A stretch of 64,000 nt of DNA from an uncultured bacterium (GCA_963843795.1 CAWJLW010000006.1:806001-870000), one strand, 5' to 3'; counted from the first letter of the stretch, positions 31,149 through 41,767 are shown. Notes: generated by a model not told the origin, from the sequence alone. Program-made: numbers and translations.

Positions 31149-32192
31149 TCAAATCATGGTGTGATGAGGCAGAGTGGAGAAGGCTTCGACGACATCGGGG
31201 TCGAAATGGCGACCGGCCTGACTTTGAATTTCTTGAACGGCTTCTTCGACGGGCCACGCACGTTTATAAGGACGTTCGTGGGTGAGCGCGTCGAAAACAT
31301 CAGCTACGGCTACGATGCGGCTTTCAATTGGAATATCGACGTTGGCGATGTTGGCTGGATAGCCGCTGCCATTCCATTTTTCGTGGTGACCCAAAGCGAT
31401 GGATTCGGCCATTTGCAAGAGCGGAAAGCGGCTGCCCGACAAAATGCGCGCACCGATTCTGGTGTGGTTTTTCATCAAATTCCATTCTTCCGCAGTGAGT
31501 TTGCCGGGCTTGAGCAGTACTTCGTCGGGAATGCCAATTTTGCCGACATCGTGGAGAGGCGCGGCTTTGCGCAGCAATTCAATCGGCTCGTCGTCCCAAC
31601 CCAGCGCGCGCGCCAAAATCGCGCAATTGTTGCTAACTCGCTGGACGTGCTGGCCGGTATCGTCATCGCGATATTCCGAAGCCAGAGCCAGGCGCTCCAA
31701 AGTTTCCAATTGAGAAATTTGCAAATCGTGCGTGCGCTCGCGCACGCGGTCTTCGAGCACCATGTTCTGCTCGGCCACACGAAACTGCAAAAAATGGGTG
31801 TGCAGCAAGTTTCGCACGCGCAACAACACTTCGCGATAGTCGATGGGCTTGGTGAGAAAATCGGCCGCACCTTTTTCCAGTGCGCCGGTTTTAGCTTTGG
31901 ATGTGACATCGGCGGTCAGTATCACGATGGGCAAAAATTGCGTTTCGCCGATGTAGGGTCGGAGCTGATCCATGACTTCAAAGCCTGTCAAGTGCGGCAT
32001 ACGCAGATCGAGCAAAATCAGGTCGGGGGTTTTTTCCAAAAAACGCGGCAGCACCTGACGCGGATCGCTGAGAGTTTCCAGATTAGTGAAGCCATCGTGT
32101 TCCAAAATATGTCTCAGCAGGATCACGTTGGCGTCTTCGTCGTCGACAATCATGATGCGCGCGGTTTTTACGGCTTGGTCGGTGATATTCAT
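31149..32192 (-). CDS. RpfG-type response regulator (REC + HD-GYP)
   Basis: IVDD, LLDLRMP, FLTKP; LHDVGK and HHEKWNGSGYP. Confidence 0.95.
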   Translation of the reverse strand: MNITDQAVKTARIMIVDDEDANVILLRHILEHDGFTNLETLSDPRQVLPRFLEKTPDLILLDLRMPHLTGFEVMDQLRPYIGETQFLPIVILTADVTSKAKTGALEKGAADFLTKPIDYREVLLRVRNLLHTHFLQFRVAEQNMVLEDRVRERTHDLQISQLETLERLALASEYRDDDTGQHVQRVSNNCAILARALGWDDEPIELLRKAAPLHDVGKIGIPDEVLLKPGKLTAEEWNLMKNHTRIGARILSGSRFPLLQMAESIALGHHEKWNGSGYPANIANVDIPIESRIVAVADVFDALTHERPYKRAWPVEEAVQEIQSQAGRHFDPDVVEAFSTLPHHTMI

Positions 32193-32844
32193 AGCAAGGC
32201 ACAGGCGAAACATTGACCTCGCAACAGTAGGAATTTACGAGCGTATAATGGTTGCCACGTTTAGTTTTTATATTGAGATATGCGCGACGCGAGGGACAAC
32301 TCGAACCAGAACGTGCTGCCCTGGCTCAGAGTGCTAAGGGCGTCGGACGTACTCGCACCGCGACAACAGACGGCACAACTCCCAGCGGTCTTATTGAGTC
32401 TGAGCCATAAACACAACGCGCAGGCGAATGTCTAAAAGGGAAGTTGAGCCAGGCGTCATGAAAGTGTTGAACCACCGGCCAGCGATTAGACCTCGCAGAT
32501 AATCCCCTTATCTACTATCCAAAATGCGCGGCGCAAAAATTTTCCGCAAGTACCTGCGCCGCCCGTGATGTGCTACAGGGCGCCGAAAGCGCTGAGTTTG
32601 ATAAACGCACCTCATCACAGCGCGCCATCATTAGCGGCAGCCTTGGCCGCCAAAACGCGTCGTGCGTTGCTACACTGTGGGATTCACAGCTATCTTGATT
32701 TCCGATTAGCGCCGCAAGTACTTGCGAAACTACTTAGATAGGAAGAACCAAAAATCATCTGAGTTGTCTAGGGATTTGGACAAGATCGAAACGAAATGCA
32801 AATCGGAACGAGATTCAGGTGGGAACAAAATTCAGGCAAGACTT

Positions 32845-33363
32845 ATGAAAGCTAAACAACGCCGTTACGCGCTGGGCACATTGTTGATTGTTGGTTCGAT
32901 GGGCGTTCTGCTGGCCTCCAGCATGAAATCGAGCGCGCTGCGCGCCGTGCCGGTCGGAGAAATTTGTAGCGCCGACCAAACGGCTTCTTCCTATGTTGGC
33001 CAAACCGTGCGCATCGTGGGTTGGGTTGGCAAAGACCCCGTGCGCCGCGAATTGGTAAAAAGCAGTTCGGGTGCGACTTACGTTAACCATTTCGAGGTCG
33101 TGGATAAAGATAAGAAAGTACAGGTTTCGTTCTCCGATATTTTGCCCGACACTTTTCGACAAGGCTCGCCGGTTCAAGTCGATGGACTTTACAGCGCCGC
33201 TGGCCAAATGCAGGCTCATCGCGTGTTGACCAAATGCCCGTCGAAGTATGAAGCCGGGCAAGGTCAGGAAGAAACGGGCAAGTCCGTAAACGGTTCGCCC
33301 TTGAAAACTTCCAACGCTCAGGCTTTCAACAGCAGCGCCAGTACGACCACCATGGTTCAGTAA
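32845..33363 (+). CDS. ccmE: Heme chaperone CcmE, CxxxY type
   Basis: TM anchor, LPDTF and LTKCPSKY; upstream of ccmF. Confidence 0.88.
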   Translation: MKAKQRRYALGTLLIVGSMGVLLASSMKSSALRAVPVGEICSADQTASSYVGQTVRIVGWVGKDPVRRELVKSSSGATYVNHFEVVDKDKKVQVSFSDILPDTFRQGSPVQVDGLYSAAGQMQAHRVLTKCPSKYEAGQGQEETGKSVNGSPLKTSNAQAFNSSASTTTMVQ

Positions 33364-33421
33364 CTTTCATTCCAAACGCCCTGCAAGTACTTGCAGGAGA
33401 TAATCGCCCCAAATTCTTCTC

Positions 33422-35626
33422 ATGTTGCCATCCTTCGGCTACGGCCTGCTGCTTCTGGCGCTGCTTAGCGCGCTTTACAATATCGGCGCGACTGCGTTTA
33501 CCGCTTTCGCCGCGCGCCGCAACCGCGCGGTCCAAACCGCGCCCCATGCCGATGACGCAACGGAGGAAGTCGAGCGTCCCGAATGGCAAACTTCGCTGCT
33601 CGAGTCGGCGCACTCGGCAACTTTGGCCGTGTGGGCGCTGATAACCCTTGCGTTTCTCACGCTGATTTTTCTGTTTATCAACGATGATTTCAGCGTGAAC
33701 TATGTGTGGGCGCACTCGGCCAAAGCTCAGCCGTTCATCTACAAAATTTCTGCCGCGTGGGGCGGGCAATCCGGCTCACTGCTGATGTGGGTTTGGATGC
33801 TTTCCACCTACGGAGCCGCCATCGCTTTGACCGGTCGCCGTGCAATTCCCCACATTTTGCCGACAGCGCTGGCCATCAACAATGTGACGGTCGCGTTTTT
33901 CCTTTCTTTGATTGCCTTTAACGAAAATCCGTTTCGTCTGGTGGAAACTGCCGTGCCTGTCGATGGTCGTGGTCTTAATCCATTGTTGCAAAATTATTGG
34001 ATGCAGATTCATCCGCCGACGCTTTACGCCGGTTACGTTGGCTGCGCGGTGCCGTTTGCCCTCGCGATGGCCGCCTTGCTACATGGACGTTTCGATAAGG
34101 AATGGCTGGCTTTCATAAGGCGCTGGACGTTGTTTCCGTGGATGGTTTTAACCGTTGGCATCGTGATGGGTGGTGCGTGGGCCTATGAAACGTTAGGTTG
34201 GGGCGGCTACTGGGCATGGGACCCGGTCGAAAACGCTAGCCTGATGCCATGGCTGACCGCGACCGCGTTTTTGCATTCGATTATCATTCAAGCGCGTCGG
34301 GGGATGTTGAAAAACTGGAACATGGTTCTGGTGACATTGACGTTTTTGCTGTCGGTTTTCGGCACTTATCTGACGCGTTCGGGCGTGGTTTCCAGCGTAC
34401 ATTCGTTTGCTGAAAGTGACATTGGCGTTTATTTCTTGGGCTTTCTGGGCGCTGTTCTGATTTTGTCGTTTGGACTCATTGTGTGGCGTCGTGATTTGGT
34501 GAGCAGTCCGAACGAAATCGAATCTCCCCTTTCGCGCGAAGGCGCGTTTCTGTTGAACAACTGGATTTTGTTGGGCGCGGCGTTCGCAGTTTTGTGGGGC
34601 ACGGTTTATCCGGCCCTCAGCGAAGCTATCGGCAACCAGAAAGTTTCGGTCGGCGCGAGTTATTTCAATAGCGTGATGGTGCCGCTGGGATTGGTTTTGT
34701 TGGCACTTACCGGCGTCGGACCTTTGATGGCGTGGCGGCGCACTTCGCCGCGCGCGATGTTGAAAATTTTCGCGTGGCCACTGGCTTTGGCTCTCATCGC
34801 TTCGCCCGGATTGTGGGCGTTGGCGCAGTGGCAAACCGGCGCGGCCACTTCGTTTTGCCTCGCGGTTTTCGTGACCGCAGCGATTGTTTCCGAATTCGTC
34901 CGCGGTACGCGTGCGCGCTCCAACATGACGGGCGAGGGTGCGGGCGAAAGTTTTCTCAATTTAATTGCGAAGAATAAAGGCCGTTATGGCGGTTACATGG
35001 TTCATCTGGGCATCGTGATGATGTTCGTTGGCTTCGCCGGATCGTTTGGCAACATCGTCAAAGGGCCAATTTTGTTGAAGCCGGGCGAAACAATGCAAGT
35101 CGGCGAATATACGCTGGTTTACAAAGGTTTAGGCCGACCAGCCAAAGGCCAACTTTCGCCCGAAAAATCCGATGAGACCGGTGCGATTGTGCAAATTCAG
35201 CGCGCTGGCAAACCGCTGCTCGATGGGCGCGGCCAACCGTTTGTGATGCAGCCTCACATCGATACTTTCAAGCAAGCAGCAATCGTGCAGGAAGAAGCTA
35301 TGGCTGGACAGCCACCACAAACCGCGCGTCGCCCTGACATTATGAGCACGTTCGCGCATGACTTATATCTGGTGCTCGATTCTTATAACGAACAAAATCA
35401 GGAAGCGTCGATCAAGGCGTATCTCAACCCGCTCGTGATGTGGATTTGGGTTTCGCAATTGTTCTTTCTGGGCGGCACTATCATCGCGATGTTGCCCAAC
35501 AGAAAACGTGTGGCGCAGGAAGAAACCGAAACGGTGCGCCGTGGAAATTCTCAAACCGCCCGAACACCAATTAGTGCACAAACAGCGACGAAAAGCAACG
35601 CGGCGACGCGAAGTTCATCTCGATAA
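33422..35626 (+). CDS. ccmF: Cytochrome c heme lyase CcmF
   Basis: WGGQSGSLL, IHPP, WAYETLGWGGYWAWDPVEN and SVHSF. Confidence 0.96.
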   Translation: MLPSFGYGLLLLALLSALYNIGATAFTAFAARRNRAVQTAPHADDATEEVERPEWQTSLLESAHSATLAVWALITLAFLTLIFLFINDDFSVNYVWAHSAKAQPFIYKISAAWGGQSGSLLMWVWMLSTYGAAIALTGRRAIPHILPTALAINNVTVAFFLSLIAFNENPFRLVETAVPVDGRGLNPLLQNYWMQIHPPTLYAGYVGCAVPFALAMAALLHGRFDKEWLAFIRRWTLFPWMVLTVGIVMGGAWAYETLGWGGYWAWDPVENASLMPWLTATAFLHSIIIQARRGMLKNWNMVLVTLTFLLSVFGTYLTRSGVVSSVHSFAESDIGVYFLGFLGAVLILSFGLIVWRRDLVSSPNEIESPLSREGAFLLNNWILLGAAFAVLWGTVYPALSEAIGNQKVSVGASYFNSVMVPLGLVLLALTGVGPLMAWRRTSPRAMLKIFAWPLALALIASPGLWALAQWQTGAATSFCLAVFVTAAIVSEFVRGTRARSNMTGEGAGESFLNLIAKNKGRYGGYMVHLGIVMMFVGFAGSFGNIVKGPILLKPGETMQVGEYTLVYKGLGRPAKGQLSPEKSDETGAIVQIQRAGKPLLDGRGQPFVMQPHIDTFKQAAIVQEEAMAGQPPQTARRPDIMSTFAHDLYLVLDSYNEQNQEASIKAYLNPLVMWIWVSQLFFLGGTIIAMLPNRKRVAQEETETVRRGNSQTARTPISAQTATKSNAATRSSSR

Positions 35627-35629
35627 ATT

Positions 35630-36133
35630 ATGAAAAATCTCGCTAAAACTTTCTGCAAGTACTTGCAGGTCGTATTTCTAGCTGTAATATGTGCGTTTGC
35701 CACGCAAGCTGCTCAGGCACAAACTGCAGATTCCGGGCTGGCGCAGCGTTTGAATCACGAAATTATCTGCCCGTGTCCCGATTGTGGCAAGCAAGCCATT
35801 GACCAGTGCGCTCCTGGCTGCGCCGATGGCAAGAAATATCGTGAGGAAGTCGCGGCGCAATTGGAGCAGGGAGCCGATGAAAAGGGTGTGCTGAAGTATT
35901 TCCAGAAAACCTATGGCGCGGCCTCGCTGGCTTCGCCGCCGCAAGAAGGTTTCGGTATCACCTCGAAATGGTTGCCGTTAGGCGCGCTGTTGCTGGGCGC
36001 GTTGCCGCTGTGGGCCATGACGCGCAACAAAAATCGCCAAAAATCACTCCGTCGCAAGGAACCTGTTAAGCCGTCGCACGATGAAAAGGCCGATGATTCG
36101 CTGGAAGATGCTTTGCGCGATTTCGATTATTAA
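35630..36133 (+). CDS. CcmH/NrfF-like cytochrome c biogenesis protein
   Basis: Signal peptide, IICPCPDC...C...C, F..TYG and C-terminal TM. Confidence 0.78.
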   Translation: MKNLAKTFCKYLQVVFLAVICAFATQAAQAQTADSGLAQRLNHEIICPCPDCGKQAIDQCAPGCADGKKYREEVAAQLEQGADEKGVLKYFQKTYGAASLASPPQEGFGITSKWLPLGALLLGALPLWAMTRNKNRQKSLRRKEPVKPSHDEKADDSLEDALRDFDY

Positions 36134-36187
36134 CGCTGCAAAATTTCAAGTCACATTTGTAGAAATCGCGCCGCTGCGCGCACCATT

Positions 36188-36799
36188 ATGTCGATTGTTC
36201 TGATTTGTCTGGCTTCTCTGGTGACGGCGTTTTACATCGCCGCACCCTTTTGGCGTGCGCGGCGCGAAAAAAACGCGCCGCGTAGCGGTTCGCGTGATGC
36301 TTCACGCGCGCTTTCGAGCCGTAAAGCCGCGCTGGCATCGCTTGAAGCGCGCCGTGATAACCTGTTGCGCGAAATCAAAGATTTGGAATTCGACCGTCGC
36401 ATGGGGAAAGTCGAACCCGACGAATACAGTGCGATGCGCGGCGAACTTACCTCGCAAGCCAAAGCTGTACTGGTGCAAATCGAAGCTTTGCGTGCCAAAA
36501 TTGCCGCACCCCAAACCAAGTCCAAGCCCAAATCCGCTCCTCTTGAAAAACCAACCTCGCGCCAATTAGAAAGCGACGTTGAAAACGAAATCCTTATTGC
36601 GCGCGCGCGTCGTCAGCGTGAACTCGATATCGAGAGCGAAGTTCTCATCTCTCGTGCGCGCCGCCGTTTAGCGCAGAAACGCTCGCCCGAAGCAGCGCGC
36701 TGGCGCTGCGATTGCGGGCGCACTATGCAAGCGAGCGATGCGTTTTGCGCTTCTTGTGGCGCGCCGCGTCCACGCGAAATCGCTGTGGTTACTGCGTAA
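36188..36799 (+). CDS. CcmI-N-like protein with a C-terminal zinc ribbon
   Basis: IKDLEFDRRMGK...EY and CDCG...FCASCG. Confidence 0.7.
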   Translation: MSIVLICLASLVTAFYIAAPFWRARREKNAPRSGSRDASRALSSRKAALASLEARRDNLLREIKDLEFDRRMGKVEPDEYSAMRGELTSQAKAVLVQIEALRAKIAAPQTKSKPKSAPLEKPTSRQLESDVENEILIARARRQRELDIESEVLISRARRRLAQKRSPEAARWRCDCGRTMQASDAFCASCGAPRPREIAVVTA

Positions 36800-36842
36800 A
36801 CACGGCACAAATTAGGGTCAAAATCTCTTCCAAGTACTTCTC

Positions 36843-38231
36843 ATGAAATTCAAGTTTTTGTTGCTCATTCTTGTCAATGTTCTAGCTCTGATGAGTGTCC
36901 TAGTAACCGGCGCGCGTGTGATGGCCGCGCCGATTGCAGTCAAAGGCGTTGCGCTCAATGCGACGTTAATGAAACCGGCTTCGGGTATAAAATTAGAACT
37001 GATTCGGCCCGCCGCATCGGGCGATGGCAGCCTGTTGGGTGAAACGACCGTCGATAAAGACGGGCGCTTCGCTTTTCCGGCGCGCGAAATGGCCGCTGAT
37101 GATTTGCTGATAGTGCGTGGCGCGTATCAAGGTTATGGTTATCTGGCGACGGCATTCGATGGACAGGCGCGCTTGAAAGAATTCGGCGTCACGGTGAATC
37201 CGCAACAGGTGCAGTTGACGGTTTACGAAGCTTCGAAAAAGCCGCCGAAACTGCAATTTCAGGTTCACCATCTGGCTATCGAATCAGCAGCCGATGGCTT
37301 GAAATGTATCGAGCGCATCGTGGTCAATAACCCATCGAAAAGTACTTATGTTGGTGTCGGCGATGTCGATGGCACGGTGCTTCTGGATATTCCTAAAACC
37401 GCCAAAAATATCAAAATGGATCCGAAAATTCCCGGCAAGTTAGTGCAAACTTCGCATGGTTGGATGGCGACGACGCCGATTGCGCCGAGCGCTTATACCG
37501 ATAAAAATCCATTGGCCGGACCAAACGCGATTATTTTCAGTTATACGATGGAGTGGCCCAGCGCCCTTCCGTGGGCGCGTCAAGTGGATGTGTCGCAGAA
37601 GATTCTTTATCCCACCAAATTTTTCTTCATCGCGCGCAAAACCGATGACCGTGTTTTGCAGGTCAGCGCACCTCAACTCAGTCCTGATACCGAACAAGAA
37701 TTGCCCATTGACGGCCAATCCGAAGTTCGTCTGGTCAATTCCATCGGGCGCCCGATGGGCGATGAAGCTGCGCTGTCTCCCGATACGCAGCTCAAAATGA
37801 CAATCAAGCGCGAAGTTAATGCCTTGTTCTGGGTTTTTGTGGCGTTTATTGGCGCACTTTTGTTAGGGGTTCCTCTCGTTTTGCGCGCTTCCAAACGTCG
37901 TCCCTCCCAACTCGCTGAGGGCGACGAAGATGGTTACCCCGACGATGAATTTGACGATGAAGAAAGTTGGTCGGATGACGCGGAACCGGCACACGCAGCG
38001 AGCGTTGTTAGCGCCGCCGCAACCAATGAAAGCTCTGCAAAACGCGCGCAAGGGCAAGGTAACGCTTCCAGTTTTTCGCCCTTGCAAACTTCGCTACAGG
38101 CGCAGGCTTTGATTGAAGAAATCGCACAGTTGGACGACGAATTCGAGCGCGGCGAAATTGATGAAACCACTTATCAAACACAGCGTAAACAACGCAAGTC
38201 GCGCTTGTTGCAGCAGTTGTCGAAGCCGTAA
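36843..38231 (+). CDS. Exported beta-sandwich membrane protein with a C-terminal SHOCT-like motif (ccm-associated)
   Basis: Signal peptide, TTVDKDGRFAF, TM near the C-terminus and LDDEFERGEIDETTY. Confidence 0.65.
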   Translation: MKFKFLLLILVNVLALMSVLVTGARVMAAPIAVKGVALNATLMKPASGIKLELIRPAASGDGSLLGETTVDKDGRFAFPAREMAADDLLIVRGAYQGYGYLATAFDGQARLKEFGVTVNPQQVQLTVYEASKKPPKLQFQVHHLAIESAADGLKCIERIVVNNPSKSTYVGVGDVDGTVLLDIPKTAKNIKMDPKIPGKLVQTSHGWMATTPIAPSAYTDKNPLAGPNAIIFSYTMEWPSALPWARQVDVSQKILYPTKFFFIARKTDDRVLQVSAPQLSPDTEQELPIDGQSEVRLVNSIGRPMGDEAALSPDTQLKMTIKREVNALFWVFVAFIGALLLGVPLVLRASKRRPSQLAEGDEDGYPDDEFDDEESWSDDAEPAHAASVVSAAATNESSAKRAQGQGNASSFSPLQTSLQAQALIEEIAQLDDEFERGEIDETTYQTQRKQRKSRLLQQLSKP

Positions 38232-38433
38232 ACGCAGCTCGTGAAATATTTACAGCAAGGACTTGCTGTAAATATTGACCCTTAGTTTGGGAACATTTCA
38301 AGCCATGGCACGCGAATTGCCATAGGCGCGCGGCTCATAGAGAGTTGTTCGAAAAGTCGTCAGGTTTATTGAGAGGAATTTAATGGTGCGACGAAAAGTT
38401 GGCATCATTTAGTAAATGGTATCGGGAGAGATC

Positions 38434-38853
38434 ATGGCCATAAAGAAAACCAGTACAGGCAAACCCACCGCTGTCAAGCCACAGCGCGAGGATTTGGATA
38501 TGGATTATTTTCGCGACTTGCTGTTGCAAGAGCGCGCGCGTTTGGAAGACGAGCGCGACACGATTCGCAGCAGCGGTAAAGATATGGACGGCGCTTTGCC
38601 CGAAGAAGGCGAAGGCGGCGACGAAGACACTGCCGACCTGGCGTCTTCGATGATGGATAAGGAAATGGATTTGGCGGTCGAGGAAGAAATCGAAGACATG
38701 ATCGAATCCATCGATCACGCTATGCAAAAAATGGAAGACGGCACTTATGGCATCTGCGATATGTCCGGCGACCACATTTCGCGTGGTCGTTTGGAACTCC
38801 TGCCATGGGCCAGTCTCACCGCTGAATGTCAGGCGCTTTCCGAAGGCGATTGA
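38434..38853 (+). CDS. DksA/TraR family protein, two-cysteine variant
   Basis: Acidic tip DTADLA; GTYGICDMSG..I...RLELLPWASLTAEC. Confidence 0.88.
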   Translation: MAIKKTSTGKPTAVKPQREDLDMDYFRDLLLQERARLEDERDTIRSSGKDMDGALPEEGEGGDEDTADLASSMMDKEMDLAVEEEIEDMIESIDHAMQKMEDGTYGICDMSGDHISRGRLELLPWASLTAECQALSEGD

Positions 38854-39061
38854 ATATCGCTCCGCCGAAATCGAAAGTCAAAATCCAAAGTCAAAGGCGC
38901 GCACGCAATGTGCCTGATGATTTGTTTTGATAAATTGTCGTATCCAGACGTAGAGAATCCATTTGATGGCCCGTATTCCTTTGCACCAAGCAAGGTATGC
39001 GGGCCATTTTATTGAAATGGCAAAATTGTAGCAATACAACAAATGGTTATCGAGAATCGTT

Positions 39062-39769
39062 ATGGAAAATCAAAATTTACACGCAGCGCGCACTTTATTG
39101 ATTGAAAATGAGATGGCAAGTATTTCGTCTCTGGGGAATAGTTCGTGTCTCGCTGATTACTCGCAAGTTTACGCGGCAGGTGATCCGCATCACGCGCTGG
39201 ATTTAACCGAAATGCAGACGGATTGTGTGTCAGGGGCGGTGGAATTTCGCGATGCCGACGCCATTAATCAATCCCGCCGCGTCGGCTCGATTGCATCCCT
39301 GATTGCCGAGCATTTGGGCCTGGCAGCTCGTAACGTCGAAATGATTCGCTATGCCGCATCTTTGCACAGTGTTGGAAAAATCGGTGTGGCCGATCCGCTG
39401 CTGCGTAAAGCCTGCCAATTAAAGCCCACCGATATGGAAATCGCGAAAAGTCGCTGCCAAGTCGATGAGCAAGTACTTGCGGGAAGTCGGGCCAAACTTG
39501 CACAAATGGCCAAACGTATTGCTTTGTATCATCATGAACATTGGGACGGCACGGGTTATCCGACTGGCATCAAAGGTGAAGAAATTCCCCTCGAAGCGCG
39601 CATCTTAGCCGTCGCTGATGTCTTTGTTGCCCTCACGCAGCAAAGACCTTACAAGCAAGCGTGGCCATTGGAACAAGCCTTAGAGGAAATTGAATATCAA
39701 AGCGGTCGCCAATTCGATCCCGCTGTTGTGAGCGCTTTTCTTGATCTCGCACACAAAAATGCAGTTTGA
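39062..39769 (+). CDS. Stand-alone HD-GYP domain protein with a degenerate HD motif
   Basis: HHEHWDGTGYP and RPYK present; LHSVGK instead of LHDxGK. Confidence 0.85.
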   Translation: MENQNLHAARTLLIENEMASISSLGNSSCLADYSQVYAAGDPHHALDLTEMQTDCVSGAVEFRDADAINQSRRVGSIASLIAEHLGLAARNVEMIRYAASLHSVGKIGVADPLLRKACQLKPTDMEIAKSRCQVDEQVLAGSRAKLAQMAKRIALYHHEHWDGTGYPTGIKGEEIPLEARILAVADVFVALTQQRPYKQAWPLEQALEEIEYQSGRQFDPAVVSAFLDLAHKNAV

Positions 39770-39778
39770 GTTGATTCC

Positions 39779-39917
39779 TTAAAACGCCCTGCAAGTACTT
39801 GCAGGGCGTTTTAACTTACGCTTCTGAAATAATAAACCGTCTAAAATGCTGCGTCGTTAATCGCGCGCAACAAACGCCAAACGCGCTCTGCAAGTACTTG
39901 CAGAGCGCGTTTGGCGT
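39779..39917. terminator. Two core-centred perfect palindromes (36 bp at 39779-39814; 44 bp at 39874-39917) between convergent genes
   Basis: Read directly; the two have different arms. Confidence 0.8.
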
Positions 39918-39934
39918 ATTAAATGAAATCTCGA

Positions 39935-41767
39935 TTATTCGTAACGAATATCGTCGAGGTAAAACGTAACGGGTTCGCCTTGCGCGGCGACTGTCCACAC
40001 GAAGCCGGTTTTGATGCGCGATAAGTCTAAACCAGCTAGATCGATCGTAAACTGTTGCCATTCTTTGGATAACTTGCGGCCTTCGAGTTTAGCGGTATCG
40101 GAATCGAAGTACGGTTTGTCGTTTTTGATCAGGCCGAACAAGAAAGAGGGGCTTTCGCCGCCTTTTTCGCCGCGCGCCCAGAACGTCAGTTTCTTGGCCG
40201 CGCTCAGGTCGAAACCTCCGGGCGCATCGCCCCAATCGTTGGCCGGATTTTGCCACACTACGCCGCCCCAATTATCTTTAGCGCTGTATTCGACTTTGAG
40301 GCAAGCTTTGCCGCTGTGCGGATTGGTCGTCCAGTTCGCATCCATTTTAATCGCGCCCGTGTTGCCCATGTAGCCCGACGGAATATATTGTGCTTCGCCT
40401 TCGCCGTAAACTTCGAATGGCAGCGTCACCGCTTTGCCTTTGGGCGGCGCAAACTTTTTGCCCGTTTCAGGTTTGCCAGCGCCTTCAACGAAAAGAGGCA
40501 CATTCGCCACTGCGGCTCCGTTGTGATTATCGCGCACAAATGCGAACACACGATAAGCGCCTCCGACGTTTGGCAGCTTGATTTCTGCACTTTTGTTATC
40601 TGATTTGACAATCGCGTCGGGATACACTGTGGGCGCGGCTTCGGTCGCGCCGCCAGTATTATTTCTCACCGGATCGTGCTGCAAAACCCACTCGACTTTG
40701 AGCGGGTCATTTTCGGCATCAGTTGGATTCAAAGCCACGCGAATCGTGCTGTTGGGTTGCACGCGCTCGCCGCCTTCCAATTTTAAACTTTCGATTTTCG
40801 GTGTGTGATTCGGCACCGGCTTCCCCGTCCACAATTCGCTCAAAGCATCGACTGCGCCCAAACGCGAGCCATCGGCCAGCAATAAGCCGAACCATGTAGC
40901 CGTCGCTTCTTGCTTATTGCCCCACGTAAACGCATACGAACCCAGACTCAACGGCTGATTGGCGATGGTTTTCTGATATGTCTCGCGATAGCGCTCGACT
41001 TTGGCCGTGCTACTGAGTTCGGGCGCGGCGTCCCATGCGTTTTTCTGCACTTCCCACGTTCCTGCCGGGCCGAATTCAGTAATCACATACGGCTTGACGC
41101 CGCCCGCTTTGACATAGCGCTCGCCAACGCTTGGCCCGCCGCCATATGTGTTGATTCCAATCACATCAATGCTCGGACAATACTTATTAATCATGGCGAC
41201 TTTGTCGCCGCCAATTTCGGCTACAACCGTCATCGTGGGATGATTGGGATCAACTTTTTTAGCGTATGCCGCGATCTGCTCGACCGCTTTCCACACTGCG
41301 GGATCGCCATCGGGCAACCCGACTTCCATTTCGTTGCCGATGCTCCACATCAAAAGCGCCGGATGATCTTTGAACTGGTCGATGACTTTGCACGCATCGT
41401 CGTACTGTTTCTTTACCATCGCGGCATCCTGGTAATCGAAGCCATGCTCTTTATGGCCCAACCAGATGCCAAGCGCCATCGTCATCCCCAACTTTTGCGC
41501 TTCATCGAGCTTGGCCTGACTGCCATCTGCGCCCCAGGTGCGAAACGAATTGCCGCCATATTCGCGCAGCATTTCCTTCGAACCATCGCCGCCCGCGCCC
41601 TTGATGAAATACGGCTGTCCGGAACGCATCAGTTGCCACTTGTTGCCCTGTTTTTGCAAATCTACTTTCACCGGCGCTGCATACGATGAACTACAAGATG
41701 ATAACGTCAGGCCCGCCAATACAGTCAACGCCCCATATTTTTTGAGTTGCATAATTCTAAACCCCAT
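39935..41767 (-). CDS. Secreted GH2-like TIM-barrel glycoside hydrolase with a C-terminal carbohydrate-binding domain
   Basis: PYFIKGAG, HPALLMWSIGNE and ITEFGP; LTFWARG..GGE, FYLDDIRYE; start could be 41752. Confidence 0.8.
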   Translation of the reverse strand: MGFRIMQLKKYGALTVLAGLTLSSCSSSYAAPVKVDLQKQGNKWQLMRSGQPYFIKGAGGDGSKEMLREYGGNSFRTWGADGSQAKLDEAQKLGMTMALGIWLGHKEHGFDYQDAAMVKKQYDDACKVIDQFKDHPALLMWSIGNEMEVGLPDGDPAVWKAVEQIAAYAKKVDPNHPTMTVVAEIGGDKVAMINKYCPSIDVIGINTYGGGPSVGERYVKAGGVKPYVITEFGPAGTWEVQKNAWDAAPELSSTAKVERYRETYQKTIANQPLSLGSYAFTWGNKQEATATWFGLLLADGSRLGAVDALSELWTGKPVPNHTPKIESLKLEGGERVQPNSTIRVALNPTDAENDPLKVEWVLQHDPVRNNTGGATEAAPTVYPDAIVKSDNKSAEIKLPNVGGAYRVFAFVRDNHNGAAVANVPLFVEGAGKPETGKKFAPPKGKAVTLPFEVYGEGEAQYIPSGYMGNTGAIKMDANWTTNPHSGKACLKVEYSAKDNWGGVVWQNPANDWGDAPGGFDLSAAKKLTFWARGEKGGESPSFLFGLIKNDKPYFDSDTAKLEGRKLSKEWQQFTIDLAGLDLSRIKTGFVWTVAAQGEPVTFYLDDIRYE

